From: Strigamia acuminata
Taxonomy: Eukaryota
Direction: 5' to 3'
NCBI GenBank assembly: GCA_949358305.1
Contig: OX442314.1
Location: 20,336,001 to 20,400,000, forward strand
DNA length: 64,000 bases
Part shown: piece by piece, positions 37,737 to 50,700 of the stretch
Layout of the letters: each line of letters begins with the position of its first letter
How positions within the stretch are numbered: the stretch's first letter is position 1
Notes under the pieces: model-generated
What the model was told of the DNA's origin: nothing
The model's database searches: none
Seen by the model: only the letters and a program-made list of their open reading frames with translations
Translations under genes and position numbers: made by a program

Positions 37737-38159
37737 CTAGGCACAAATGTATTGATGTACAATTTTCTCACTAGTCGCCAGTATGTGACCACAATTACAT
37801 TCGAAATATTGCGGGCGCATATCGAGGTGTAAGTGCATTTTTAAGGCGCCGGTGATCTGCAGAATACAGCTACTCGTGAAAGAGGAGTTCCTTTTCAGAG
37901 TGAATAAAAAAGCAACATTTTTTTTTAAAATTTCACTGTTGATGCATTTGCACATGTTTAAAACACTGCATTTACATGTAAAACTGAAACTAAGATCGGA
38001 ATTTAGCGAAACCTTTTCCGTAAGAAAAACGGAGTGGTTAAACCCAGAGAATTTCTCCGGGAATAACACGTGGTTATTTCCAGAGAATTTCTCTGGAATT
38101 AGCGCTTGCCTAAGGAAAATGGCTGTTTTTAGAGTTGTATCGGACGATTTGGCATCCAT
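37737..38159 (-). CDS. Orphan 140-aa Cys/His-containing ORF, divergent from the LRR gene
   Basis: ATG at 38159, three PEKFSG.NH-like repeats, CKC...CKC and C-terminal CNCGH...H...C. A possible 5' UTR intron lies at about 38195-38281 and CCAAT/ETS promoter motifs at 38415-38482. Confidence 0.4.
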   Translation of the reverse strand: MDAKSSDTTLKTAIFLRQALIPEKFSGNNHVLFPEKFSGFNHSVFLTEKVSLNSDLSFSFTCKCSVLNMCKCINSEILKKNVAFLFTLKRNSSFTSSCILQITGALKMHLHLDMRPQYFECNCGHILATSEKIVHQYICA

Positions 38160-38930
38160 TAAAGTTTCAGTCGGGGCATAGACCGTGCCATCACTGCTAT
38201 CACACGTAGAAGACAAAAGGATAGAAGATCATTTTTAAAAAATATTTAAAAAAAAGAAGTAATTGAAAAAAAATTGCCTACTGAATATTGTCGGAAACGG
38301 GAAACGTCGAGTGAACGTTCTCGTTACGTCCTGTTTTCGTTACCCCTTGTCCATCTCATTTCGATTTCTTCTACCCCGAAATTCAAGGAACTTTAATGGA
38401 ATTGCAAATAGGGCCACTTCCGGTTAATTGGCGCTAGTCCCCAGGGAGACAATCCTGCCAATTGGTCAAATCCATGATTGGACAAGAAATCAAAGTGGGC
38501 CACGAGACTTTGCAACACTTCTGCAGCTACGATAGACATCGAGTCGCATCCAGTCGCATCTACTGCGGACATCTACCCGGACATTTTCTCTGCTTTGGCC
38601 ACGCGGCAAAGAATGATTAAAAACAGCGATTCATCAATCAACGCAGTTTCAACGTTCCTCTAAGGTGAATCGATCGCCGAAACGTGTGCATTTCGAACAG
38701 GATTTTCGCGACGAATGCTGTTAAACCATCACGTAGATCGAGATTCCAAATTGTGAAATCTAACAAGAAGAATTAGTGCTCAACTGTAAGTTCCATTCTA
38801 TTCCCTTGCTTTTCGGCTTATTTTATTGTCAAATAAAACCATTGTTAATTTTTAAATAATGAATCATTTCCTTCGTTTCTCTGCCTAGGACACGTTACCG
38901 GTACGGTGAATAATCGCCACCGTTCGCAAG

Positions 38931-40298
38931 ATGCCACGCAGCAAATCAGCATCGAGGCTGGAACAATTGTGTTTTGAAATAGTTTGCACTAATCTTGTCA
39001 AGATTGGTGGAAACTATTTAGAACTATTAGAAACACAACTAGTGAATCTGCCTTCTATGTTTATTTCCCGCGTGTACGAACGTATAGGTCCGCAATTTTA
39101 CTGGGTACAAAACTGGGATGAGCATGAAACACGACGACGCTTATCTCCAAACGCTTTCATTCGCCTTGGCACAAAGTCGGTTCATCATACTAATATGTTT
39201 AGTTTGCCGTTGTATCCTGATCTATTAGATAGAGTAGGCCGATGTGGTGGAAATCTTTTATATTTAGACCTGACCAGGCCGTTTAATTCTATTATGAGAG
39301 TTCCACCTAAATACATGGTCAAGCTACTGGAGCAATTGCCACGACTTCAATGGCTTCTTTATGGAGATTGTGCTGAAGAAGTTATCGTTGCAATTGGTGA
39401 AAATTGTCTACAATTGCGACATCTAAAGTTAAGGGGCTGCAAAAAGGTTGCGGATGATGTTCTCTGTCATTTAAGTAATTGCAAAGAACTGGAGTATTTG
39501 GACCTCACGAACACTAGAATCTCGTGCCATGCTTGTCTTTTCATTTTTAATCAACTGCCTCTCTTGAGAAGGTTTATACATAGCTGGTGGGAAATGTTTT
39601 TTAATCGGTTAAAACAACAGTTTGTGTCGGAAGGAAAGATGCGCACTTATTCCATCGAAACAATCGACTTTGAAGCAAGTATAAGAAATATTGAAGATCT
39701 CATCACTGTGACCACCATTTTCCCCAACTTATTACGCCTAAATGTGGATGCATCGGCAGCATCAACTACTTTAGATTTGAATATTATCTTGGCGCGGACA
39801 CAACGATTGACCAGCTTACAACTCTCTCATTTTAAATTAGTTGATCTTAAACTTGTCGATTATTATTGCCCATTGTTACAAATATTACATTTGGATGCTT
39901 GCACTATTTTGAACACTGCTGCACATGATTTAACTTCGCAAAATTTGTTCAGGAACCTATGTAAATTAGACATACATGCGCATGGTATTACTGAATCACA
40001 GATGTTAGTCTTATTAACTCATTTAAATATTTTAAAATATTTAAGTATTAGATATTGTCAAACACTCACTGACAAGTTCATTTCAGCACTAGCTGAATTA
40101 TATAAAGTTAAAGGTCTTTTCTTTGATTCGTGCCCCTCAATTAATCACAGCATGATAATGAAGTTAGTAAAAATGAAAAATCCAATGGAGCGTTTACAAA
40201 TAAGGCATTGTTTGAATATAGATAAGTTGGTTTCTAAAGAAATTGCCACTTATATTAAATCTAAGAACTTAAGTTTGAAACTTAATTGGCTCCCATAA
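38931..40298 (+). CDS. Leucine-rich repeat protein (RNI/F-box-type LRRs) with N-terminal BC-box-like motif, probable cullin-RING ligase substrate receptor
   Basis: 455-aa single-exon ORF, N-terminal SRLEQLCFEIV...LVNLP, Cys-containing LRRs (NCLQLRHLKLRGCKKVADD, CKELEYLDLTNTRIS, LKYLSIRYCQTLTD). 5' UTR intron gtaagt at about 38786 to ag at about 38888. Confidence 0.85.
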   Translation: MPRSKSASRLEQLCFEIVCTNLVKIGGNYLELLETQLVNLPSMFISRVYERIGPQFYWVQNWDEHETRRRLSPNAFIRLGTKSVHHTNMFSLPLYPDLLDRVGRCGGNLLYLDLTRPFNSIMRVPPKYMVKLLEQLPRLQWLLYGDCAEEVIVAIGENCLQLRHLKLRGCKKVADDVLCHLSNCKELEYLDLTNTRISCHACLFIFNQLPLLRRFIHSWWEMFFNRLKQQFVSEGKMRTYSIETIDFEASIRNIEDLITVTTIFPNLLRLNVDASAASTTLDLNIILARTQRLTSLQLSHFKLVDLKLVDYYCPLLQILHLDACTILNTAAHDLTSQNLFRNLCKLDIHAHGITESQMLVLLTHLNILKYLSIRYCQTLTDKFISALAELYKVKGLFFDSCPSINHSMIMKLVKMKNPMERLQIRHCLNIDKLVSKEIATYIKSKNLSLKLNWLP

Positions 40299-40552
40299 TT
40301 AAACTTTGAATATTGACATCCAATTCCATTGCTGTTTTGTACTGTTTTGTCAGTGTTGGTGTCAAGCAATATGTAATTGAATTTTTTGGAAGTGAGAATA
40401 AAGTGTTCAATAATGTGGCAAAAATTAACATTTTTTGTAATATTTTCAGTTTTGTGTTTACCGGTAATTTATTTTAATTATACCACAGTCCAATAAATGT
40501 TGCTAACTTAAGGCTTTGTCTAATTACTCAATCAATGACAATACTTCAAAGA

Positions 40553-40760
40553 TACAGTGCGCGCCAAAAAGATAGGTGCACCCCATTTTTTCTTCATTTC
40601 TCAGCAATGCGCGCGTGTTGAGTGTTGAGATTTTAAACAAAGGTACAAAATCATAACAAAATAAACTGCTGAAACAATTGGAGCGATTGAGAAACAAACA
40701 AAAAATTTATTACAAAAAAATGAAAATAGGGATGCGACAAAATGATAAGTGCACTACAAT
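40553..40760 (+). mobile_element. Left end of a Tc1-like transposon (IR-DR-style), truncated
   Basis: TA-CAGTGCGCGCCAAAAAGATAGGTGCAC at 40553 with an inner direct repeat CGACAAAATGATAAGTGCAC at about 40735. No matching right end found. Confidence 0.45.
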
Positions 40761-42671
40761 CAAACTTCAACTATAAGCAAAATAGTTAAGACAATGAACG
40801 TGAGTGTATAGATGGTGATAAATAGGTGATGTTGGATGAAAACTGTCAAAGCAGATTTTGAAATTGTCCATTTTTAAAGCCACCACATCACTCTGAACTC
40901 CCCGACCCTTAAATTCAAGAAATATGGAATTTTATTGTAATAATGAATTTCTGAGAACACTTTTTAGACTAATTGGGGGTTCCTAATGCATAATTTCATA
41001 ATAGTTTTTAGGTTGGGACTCAATTTTTGTACTAAAACACAACTTGAATGGAAAAGTTGCACATTGACTGGAGCCAAATGACAGAATTTTGCCTTTGTAA
41101 CTTGTGCTAGGCTAGCAGCAGGCTTAATTTCAAATAGAATACAGGTTTCCTGCTCATTTTGTACTACTTTTATGTGGCTTAAAAATTTACACGACTCAGC
41201 ACACCACCTGCACAGAATCAAAAAATTTCCCCATTTGATTATAGCAAGAAAACAGAATGTTCTAGGTGCGTAAGTTAATATAGTTATTTTGAAAATTTGA
41301 TAAGTTAAAATATGCTAATAAAAAATCAAATAAGAAATAATTTTTAAGAAAATTCATGAGTTTATTGTTTGAAAATTTATAGTTCATTAAAATTATTTAT
41401 CTTTTAAACTCGCAAATGGAATTCCCCACACGCTCCTGCAGTGATTTCCTACGGTTGGTCGTGCGATTTTTGAACACAGATGTTCGTTAACAATAACATT
41501 TGGTAAATTTAACTGAAGCGCTTGAATAATCGGTTCTTGAAATAGCCCAAAGATGATCAGTTTTCTCAAGTACGGCCCATTTATCAAGGCACTAAATTTA
41601 AAAAATAATATATTTGTAAATTATCGGGTAGTAATATATTATAAAAATATATACGTACTAAAAATGATCCTCCTTTAAACTGTAACAACGTGAAAGAGCG
41701 AGATAATTTAAGTTCGGTAGTTTTTCAAAAGTTTCGAAGAGAACAGGAGTTATACATGTAAAGATTCCCTTATTACGATGAAATTGAACACGATAAGAAA
41801 CTCAGAATTCAGTCTGCTTATTTTCATTCCAAATTACGAACGTATAGAAATCCGCGAAGTTGGTTCGTTAACCCATTGTGTCCTTTCTTACTTCTGACTG
41901 TCGACTGATGACCAGAGACAGTGATCATTCCCTAACCTACCCTCCCCTCTGAGCAATCCTAAATCAAACAAGTCTGTGCAGCTCTCCGAAAATATGAACG
42001 AACTGAAGGATATACGGTGCAGCACTGCCCAGCCCTCAGCTGGAAATTTAAACGAACCAAGGACGATCGGTAATGCCCGGCCTTAACTGGAACACATTCC
42101 GAAAGGAGCCTTCCCAAATAGACCCCCAGCTCAAAAACAAGTGCAAGAATCACAAAGATAATTACTTCCCCACTGATTGGCAAAACGACAAAGCCCTCCC
42201 TTGGTGAGGGCTGAGTTCCTCCGAAGCTAAACCAGATGTCAATACGTGAGAAAGGAATATCATTGTTTTCCTTGCACACCCCACTCCTGGACTTAACTCA
42301 AATTCCTAACCTTAAATCTATAATTGTAAACAATTTTTTTTAAAAAAATTCCTCAGTCATCAGTTGAATAATGGTGAAGAATTTTTAGGGATTCGATTGA
42401 TTTACAAGTTCTTCCGATGAAGGTCTACAGTTTATTATGCGAGTTGCGATGGTAATGTACGGGATTTCGTTCTCAAGATCGTGTGTACATCTCTGTTTGC
42501 GTTTTTAGTGAGGGACTGGACTGCTGGAAGTTAAAACCGAGCTTAAACTGAATAAAATTTTGCTGTTTATTATGTATTGAAGTGATTACATGAAAGTAAA
42601 CAAATTGATGAATTAACATGTAATAACCAATTTTATATCTTCCTTTTTTATCTGTTAATTCTTAGGTGTAT

Positions 42672-44195
42672 TCAAACTTTGCTGTTGATTGTTTTTATTT
42701 CACTAATTTGAGTAGATGAATTGAATTGCGATGTATGTCTGCCTCGTCTTTTAGCTCGACATTCTTTCAAAAGCTGTCGTGGAGTTGGAGCATAAACTAA
42801 GAATATGAAAACTCCTTGTAAAGAGTTTCCTATATCTAAATAGTGCCACACTTGAGATATATCCTCTATTGCCCACACTAGCACTCTTGTAATCCAACAA
42901 AGTCCCATGATCAGACCAAGTTTGATTGACAGAGAGCAACTGAAATAGAATTATACAAAATAAACTTACCGATAAATTAAGATAATTACCATACCAATAT
43001 AATTCAGTACACTAGATATACGTACTCACATTTGTTTGCATATACGTTTATTGACGAGCAACACCTCTTTTCCTATTTTACGCATGAGCTTGAAGATCTT
43101 AAGGTAGAAAAAAATGTTGATAGCCAATCCACAAACCATAGGTGCGTAGAAATACAAAACAGCACTGGGCCAGTTTTTCTTGCTGAACCAACACTCTTCT
43201 TCAAGATGTGGATTGAGGAAATTTGGTGGATTTAGCGTTTGAGCTGTATACGTAGCCATTGTGATTACTAAAGGGATTCCAAACGCATATAAACAACTTA
43301 AACGAAATCTTTTCATAGAGAATCCAGCCGCATGCTGCAAGCTGTTAAACGATTTGTGTAGCGAATAGAACAAAACATTCATCCAACCGAACGCAGAAAG
43401 AGTGCTGAATTGTTCCACTAAAGCCAATGTCTTACACACAGAATTTAAAATGTTAATTGGAAGGATTATCTTACATGTCATGATAGCATAAGCAATGAAT
43501 ACCATAATCATATGAAACAAAAGAGATTCGTTGTTTCTCTTGCGTAAGGAAGGAATCACAAGCGTCATTGTAAATCCTGCGATGAGGGCAATGTCAGAGA
43601 TAACAAAACCAACCAAGTTAAGTGTGATCACCTCATCAAACTGTTTGCACACGACAATCCCTTCATTGGTCACAAAAAAATTGGCCAGCGATACATTGAC
43701 GAATTTATGTCTCTTTATCCGAAGACGTCTTCCGTTGTCATCCATTTCAAACATATTTTGATTTGCAGGTGTCAAAACCTCAAGAAAACAAGTCTTGAGC
43801 TTGGAATTCAAAGGATAACACACATGAGCCCGATTGTCCCTGATGAGATAACTTTGAGGGCTGAAATACTTGTCTGGAAGGCCAGTTTTTAAATTCTTTA
43901 GAAACAATTTGCCGTTGAATTCAATTTCATATTCTGTATCATAGAAAACGACTATTTTGTGGCTCGTTTGTCCTGGTTTTATTAAAGATGCATTATTTTT
44001 TCCGAGACAGTGGTTCAAACAAGATGATAAAGATGCGTAAACATCACCTTCCTGGCATGCGCTTGTAGGTGATGTTGGCTTCTCTGTGCTACTCGACACA
44101 ATTCCGGACAGTAACGCATCGTTTACTTCACTGTACATGTCCACTGCTGTGGCAAAAAGGAGAAAACTGCAAATTAGAAATTTTACACTAAACAT
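42672..44195 (-). CDS. Methuselah-like (family B/secretin-type) GPCR (exons 44195-43030, 42939-42672)
   Basis: Signal peptide, Cys-bearing ectodomain, 7TM motifs CK.LA..EQFSTLSAFGWMNV, YAFGIP, EECWF, YFYAP..LAINIFFY, KLGLIMGLCWI, NSLQGVFIFLVY. Confidence 0.9.
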
Positions 44196-44476
44196 TTTCC
44201 GTTGTGCACTTTTACAATATTTACTTAAGTTGCTTCCTTGAAATATCAGTCAATTCCAATTTCTCTGACGGAGAAACAGATGTTGAGTTTTACATCAAAT
44301 TCTTTTTAAATTTTTTGAAAAGGTTTATCGTTATCAATCACAAGTGAAATTTAAATTGTTCGGTATTGTTTTTTTTTCTCAAAGGGGATCCGTACATCTA
44401 ATCTGAGTCATGAGGAAAAATATTTCTTTGCATTGGTAAACAGTATACTTACTGGGGAAGAAAACCCGCTTGAAAG

Positions 44477-44505
44477 CAGATGGCACATGTTGTTGCCATA
44501 GAAAC
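44477..44505. promoter_or_regulatory. RFX X-box plus proneural-type E-box upstream of the methuselah-like GPCR
   Basis: GTTGCCATAGAAAC at 44492-44505 and CAGATG at about 44477, roughly 300 bp upstream of the ATG. Confidence 0.5.
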
Positions 44506-44789
44506 AAAACCATTGAATCAGAAAATTTGAAATAACCGCCCATAAACTAATCGACGATTGAATTATCGTGTATAAATGATCTGAAGCTAATAACTGTCTA
44601 GTTTAGCATATATTTTTTAATACCACCAATAACAAAAATATAAATCAACATTGCTTAATTTCAAATACTAGATCTTTTATTTTATTTTATTTTATTTTTT
44701 TAAACAAGTCAATGAATCTAGATTAGTTGCTGCTAAAAATTGAAATCAAATCCTACACACGAAAAGAATTCTTTTTATTTTAGACACAA

Positions 44790-47700
44790 TTATTCACCAC
44801 AGATTGTCTTTTTTAGAATTCCAGCCTTAATTTGAAGATCTGGTTTCGAATCCTGAGCTAAATTCGTCAAACCTTCTTGCAAATTGTTTCTTGCATTCGA
44901 GGTGATGTAATGCATATTGTTTTTACCTACAAATATTAAAAATAACATTAATAAATTAAACGTAAAATCCCACAAAGCTTCAAAATTACTATTTAGCTTC
45001 TCTACTAATATCTCCATAACCGCCACAGCTTCACCCCGTAAGTTTGCATATTTTGCTATACCAACGCAAAAGCATAAGCTTTTTATTACTTTATCCACAA
45101 TAGACCTCAATTTCGTCTCTTCGCTTTCGGACAATTGATCCAAGTCGAATAAAATTAACCTAAAAGCAATTAAACGTGCATTGTAAAATCGAAATCAATA
45201 AAACCTATCACATACTTTTGTACAAATTGCTTTAAACACTTCATTAGAATTAATTGCAATTTCCATACACTGCTATTTACACGAGAAACCAACATTTCGC
45301 ACATTTCCTCCTGATATTTATCTACGAAAATGTTTAATTAGTACAAAACAAATTCATGTCCGCAATTAAAAATTAACACCTTGAGTCGCTTCATTTCTAG
45401 GCCACGCCAAACCCAAAGCCTCAAACGCAGTTTCCCTTAACTTTTCAAACCCTTCTTTATCTTTCACATCGTGCTCGTCATCGGTAGACATCCTAGAACA
45501 ATTAAATTCCTAAACCAAACATATAAAAACTTAATATAAATACAAAACTTCAACTTCAACATTCAATAAAATATGAAAATAACGTTTCCGATACCCTATT
45601 AGCAATTGGTTTGACAATTTCCACCATTTCTTCAAACCTATCCAACTCGTACACGTCCAAAATCGCGGCCAAGCAATGTATGGCATTTTGTTTATAAACC
45701 AAATTCTCCTTATGGCATTCCTTTAGCACGGTTTCAACAACTTCTTCTAATTTCATACCCTCGCTTTTACACTTAAGTATATCCCTAATTTAAAAAAAAA
45801 AGAAAATTATCACGTCAAAGAATTAAATTCGATTGAAATAAATCGCTTACTTGCAATTAACGCAAACCGCTTCCAACGCTTTCAATACAAACTGTTTCCC
45901 AGTCCAAGTACGGCCGGCCAAACCGTTAACCAAAGATTTTAAAATTATGTCTACTTGATGAGCATCTAACGATGAACCCAATTTAGTAGCTACTGTTTGC
46001 AATGCCAAAGCGCCTTGGGCTTTTAGCGGCCAAGATGGCGAATCGAGAGCACACTTTATTATTTGAACTATTTCAATCAAATATAAACGAATTCCTCCTT
46101 CAGTTCCCGGTGTTCCTTCCAACCAGATATCCTCCCACACTGGGTTTTTCGTGTCCTGAGGAGCATTTTCTAAAATAAAACAAAATACAAAAATTTAAAT
46201 TAATTAATTACACCTACGCAATAATGAAGAGAGATAAAAACCTTTGTTTTTGTTCGAGTGCATTGCTAGAAAAGCAAGTGGTAACGCCTGTGCAGCATGT
46301 TCTTTCAACACATCTGGACTGTACCGAGCGATCGCTTGCAAAGTAGAACCGCACGAAATACGTAAATTCTCTTCTAAAGTACGCACATTTTGTATTTAAT
46401 CTAAAAACTATCCATTTTCGATTTTCACAACTTACCCTCCTTTTCCATATACCACGACTGTAATTTTCCAATCAATTTTTCAACCGAAGTCGATTTTGCA
46501 GTCTTCACCACATGACCGATAACGGTAGCATACTGTTTCCTAGCAACTGGGTTCCTATCATTCAATCCATTCAATAAAGCTGACAATATTTTTCCAGAAT
46601 GAATTTTTAGATCTTGAGGACATTGATGAGATAGAGATGTTAATATGCTCGCACAACCTGCCTGTAAAGAATTAAAAAATTATTTATGAACTAAAATACG
46701 AATTGTTAATATTATTATTATTTACTTTGGTTCCCAAACCGACACTATGACGAATTAGGTCTATAATTCTCGGCACGAGTTCTTCCAAAACGTCATTATC
46801 AACATATTGTATACAGAAGTTAATTGTATCCATCATTGGAGAATCATTTGATACTCCAACACGAGCAGAATCGAATGCTTCCTGTTGATTTGCTTCTGTG
46901 CTAAACCGAACGCTGAAATAATTCAGTTCGGATGCTTCCATCGAACTCAGCGATTCCAAGAGGGCCACCATAAGAATTGGAAGATGAGGTTTGAGCAAAG
47001 GACCAGCCTGTTTGCTCAATTTTACGACAGTACTTAAACTGAAATAATAAATATTTAAAATTAAAATTTTGTTTAATTTTGTTTTGTTTTAATTCTTACC
47101 TGACAGCTCTCACTTCAGCCACACTACTACATATACCAGATTTCAGCAACACTGGTAAAAACAAGGCCACGGCTTGACTGCTTCGCTTTCCGGTTGTCGG
47201 ATCGCACATTTTCACAGACACCTTACTTAAAGCTTTAAGCGCCGATTCAGCCGCATCTCTGACCGATTCCTAAAATCGGAAATTAAAACATTGATTCGAG
47301 GTATGTATTTTTACAATTTGACAAGTGTTTCATTTTTACTTTGATGTCGTCACGAACGCGGAAACAAGTTTCCCAAATTGGAGGTAAATCTTCCATGACG
47401 GAATCCAATTGTCGTCCTCTCAGTAAATCAGCCAATGCCAAACAACTGAAAAATATTTCAATTATGTAAAAAAATCTCAGAAATTAACTGTTTATTAATA
47501 TTAAATATTTACCATGATTCTCTCACTCTCCATAAATTGTTAGTTATATTACTAGAAATGTCTTGAAGAATTTCTTTTAGGTATTTGTCAATCTTGAGCG
47601 AACAAAAATATTTAAAAAATAGCATTTTTTTTTAAAATACGAAAAAAGTTACGGTTTTATAAGGTTCAGGAACGAGGGCTTTCCAAATACTGCTCATGGA

Positions 47701-50700
47701 TTGTTGAATTTTCACATTAGGATCAAACTGGTACCGGTACAACCGTGGTACAATTTGAGGTAAATGCGGCTCTAATTGTTCGCCGGCTTTGCTAGCAATG
47801 GTTCCAAATCCAAATGCAGCGCCCTGTTTACGATTATTTAACATTAATACATTTGACATAACAAATTCAAAGATCCTATTTACTCTTTTTGAATTCCACA
47901 TTGCGTTGTGTTTCGCCAAATGCATAAATTTATACACCAAATCCGGTTGATTCAACTCGGTAGCAAAAGAACAAAGTTCTTTATAAGTTGTCAAATTTCC
48001 TCTAACAAAGAAAAAAAAACGGTTTGTAATTTTATTTAAATGTGAAATGCTCCATTGATTGTGTTCTAACCCTAATGGATTAGGAACCGTGCCTTCGTCG
48101 AATATTTGTGTGTCAGCTACAACTTGCTGACTCGGTCTAAAGTGAAAATAAAAATATAAATCGTTCGGATAGCGAGTCAATTTAATTCATTTAATTGATT
48201 ACTTTTTGCCAGTTGTGAGTGTATCTAGTAACATAGACACTAATTTGCTCTTGAGACTTTCCTCGCTGTATTCGTAAACAATCCCGAGTCCCTTAGCGGC
48301 AAAATCTTGAACTAAGTCTAGGAAGCAATAACAAATTTATTAAAAACAAAATAAGAAGTATCTAAAATATCTAAAACCCAAAACTCTAACCATTATTTTC
48401 AGATAAGAGCGTAATAAAAAATAGTTGAATTCGTTCCAACCTATCCCGCACTGATGCATAAACGTGACAATGGGCTAGGAGTGATAACATCCAAATACAA
48501 GACGCCTACAAAATTTAAAAAAAAAAACATAATAATCATTAACAAAATAATGTATACAAAATAGAAGTAATAAAAAAAATTCTAAAAACCTGTTTAACGT
48601 TTGGATTTAAACTCGAAACTAATTGCAAAATTTCATCTACGAGCCAAGATAAATTTGGAAGTTCATTTGAACCATTCAGAGCATCCTCCTCCTTGGCCAC
48701 AGCCCATAAATCTTTCGCAGCAGGTGACAAAGGTCCCAGAATTGCATTGTTAAGTGTTTCTCCAATCGAGTACTGAATGTCAACATCTTTCATCTGCCAC
48801 GGAAATTAAAACAAATTGAATTTTAAATTCTGAATGAATATAATTTCAAACCTCTTTGGTGCTGTTTATTAGTTGTTTCAAGACTGTCAGAGTGATTTCT
48901 TCACTTTTAACGCTTATACAAACATATCCAACGGCGATTGCCGCTTTCTCGGCTATAATTTTATCCGTATTGGCTTTCTTGACGAGTGAAATAAGCTCGT
49001 CGATGACCATCTTGATTTTATCTCCTGGTAAAGCTCCGCGCCGCCCAATTTCGCCCAAAGAAAAACAAGCGGCGGAGGAGATGAGGGGATGAGTATGAGT
49101 TAACAATTCAACTGTAAATAAAAATGTTAAACCAATAAAAAAAATATATTTTTTTTTAATTAAATGGCAATTTACTTAGAGCACTTGTGAAGTTATTAAT
49201 TCTTGTATCATCCATCAATTTTGATTTTTCAATTTTCTTGCCAATAGCATAACCTAGAGCTAATATTGATCCATGTTGGATTTCCAACGTCTATAATTTA
49301 AAAAAAAATCAATTAAAAATCAAATATAACTCATCATTTTTACCTTATCGTTAATGTTCTTTGCTAACTCTCCCATAACATCAAAATACTTGGAATCAGA
49401 AAACATATTAGCCATAATTATGACGTATAATTCGGAAGCATATTCTCTGATTTGTTCTTTACTTGAAAACATTAAGCTCTGCAACATTTAAAAATAAATA
49501 AATAAATATGTAGATAAAAAAAATTAAATTAATGTACCTTAATCCAATCCAAGTTTTTTTCAAAATAAGCAGACAAAATATCAGGTACCACAGCAACAAT
49601 TTCCAATAAAAAATACATAATTTGAGGATTTGAAACTGCACCCAATAATTGCTTAATCAATTTTATGTATAAACAAATTGGATTTTTATCCATATCTTGC
49701 AACGATAGAATCTTTCGTACGCAAGGAGCCATAAGTGTTCCACTTTGTTTGCTCGGCTCAACGTTCGGATCCAAACCGGCGCTAAATGCTAAACACATTC
49801 TCAAATATTTCACCATCTATAAAAATAAAATATTAACCCTTTTATAGTAAAACAAAAACGAAGGCATACTTCGGTTATTGTGCCAGGATTAAACGGTAGA
49901 ACACAATTCCCCACTGTATATTTCTCATTCGATTTCAATCGACTAGCTCCCTTTTCGGTAATAAACCAAATCATTTCTGGAAATTGTGGATAAATGTGAC
50001 TTCGTTCGTCCTCGTTTTTCACTCTACGCAGGTTCAACAACTTCAAAGCTGCTGTTTTTACATCATCTTTACTACAAACAAAAGAAAAGAAATGTTTTAG
50101 TCGTTTTCATCAGATTGATCGATATATTATCTCTTACTGATCGCCAGCCGCTAAAAGCAGTAAGTATCTCGTTGGAATGTTATCCTGCGCGAACAATCCT
50201 CCGGCATATTGGACAACCAACAACCGCACTTGAGACTCGCTCTGCAATTAAAATTCAAACCACATAATTATCGTAATAACGTTACAATTTACAAATAAAG
50301 TGTACTTTTTCAACATTGCTCAACAGCAAAGCTTCCATCACAGTTTTATTGGCTGCATCCAAGTCTCTAAAAGCGGGTAACATCATAGAAAGAGATTCTT
50401 GTATTGCAAGTCGCGTGTTTTGGTCTTCCTGTTCCAATGCATTAAAGAAGTTCTGAACCAAAGCGAGATCTTTGTTGACCAATTGCGGTAATTTATGGCC
50501 CAGTTTACCAATCGCTACGTAAGCTAAACCACGCAGTTTTGAATCCTATTTTTAAATGGTACCGTTAAGATGTTTTTCTTTTTCAATTCTTTAAATTATA
50601 ATAATCATTAATATATCTTGCGTATTTACATCTGCGGCTTCTGATATCAATTTCACCATTCCCGATATCAAAACAGGCCCGATTGGCTGTAGTCTTGCTT

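Noticed and set aside
41900..42545. Hammerhead ribozyme (CTGATGA/CCGATGA) or telomerase-template-like CCTAACCTA
   Set aside because: No correctly placed GAAA or stems, and a single short CCTAACCTA is expected by chance.
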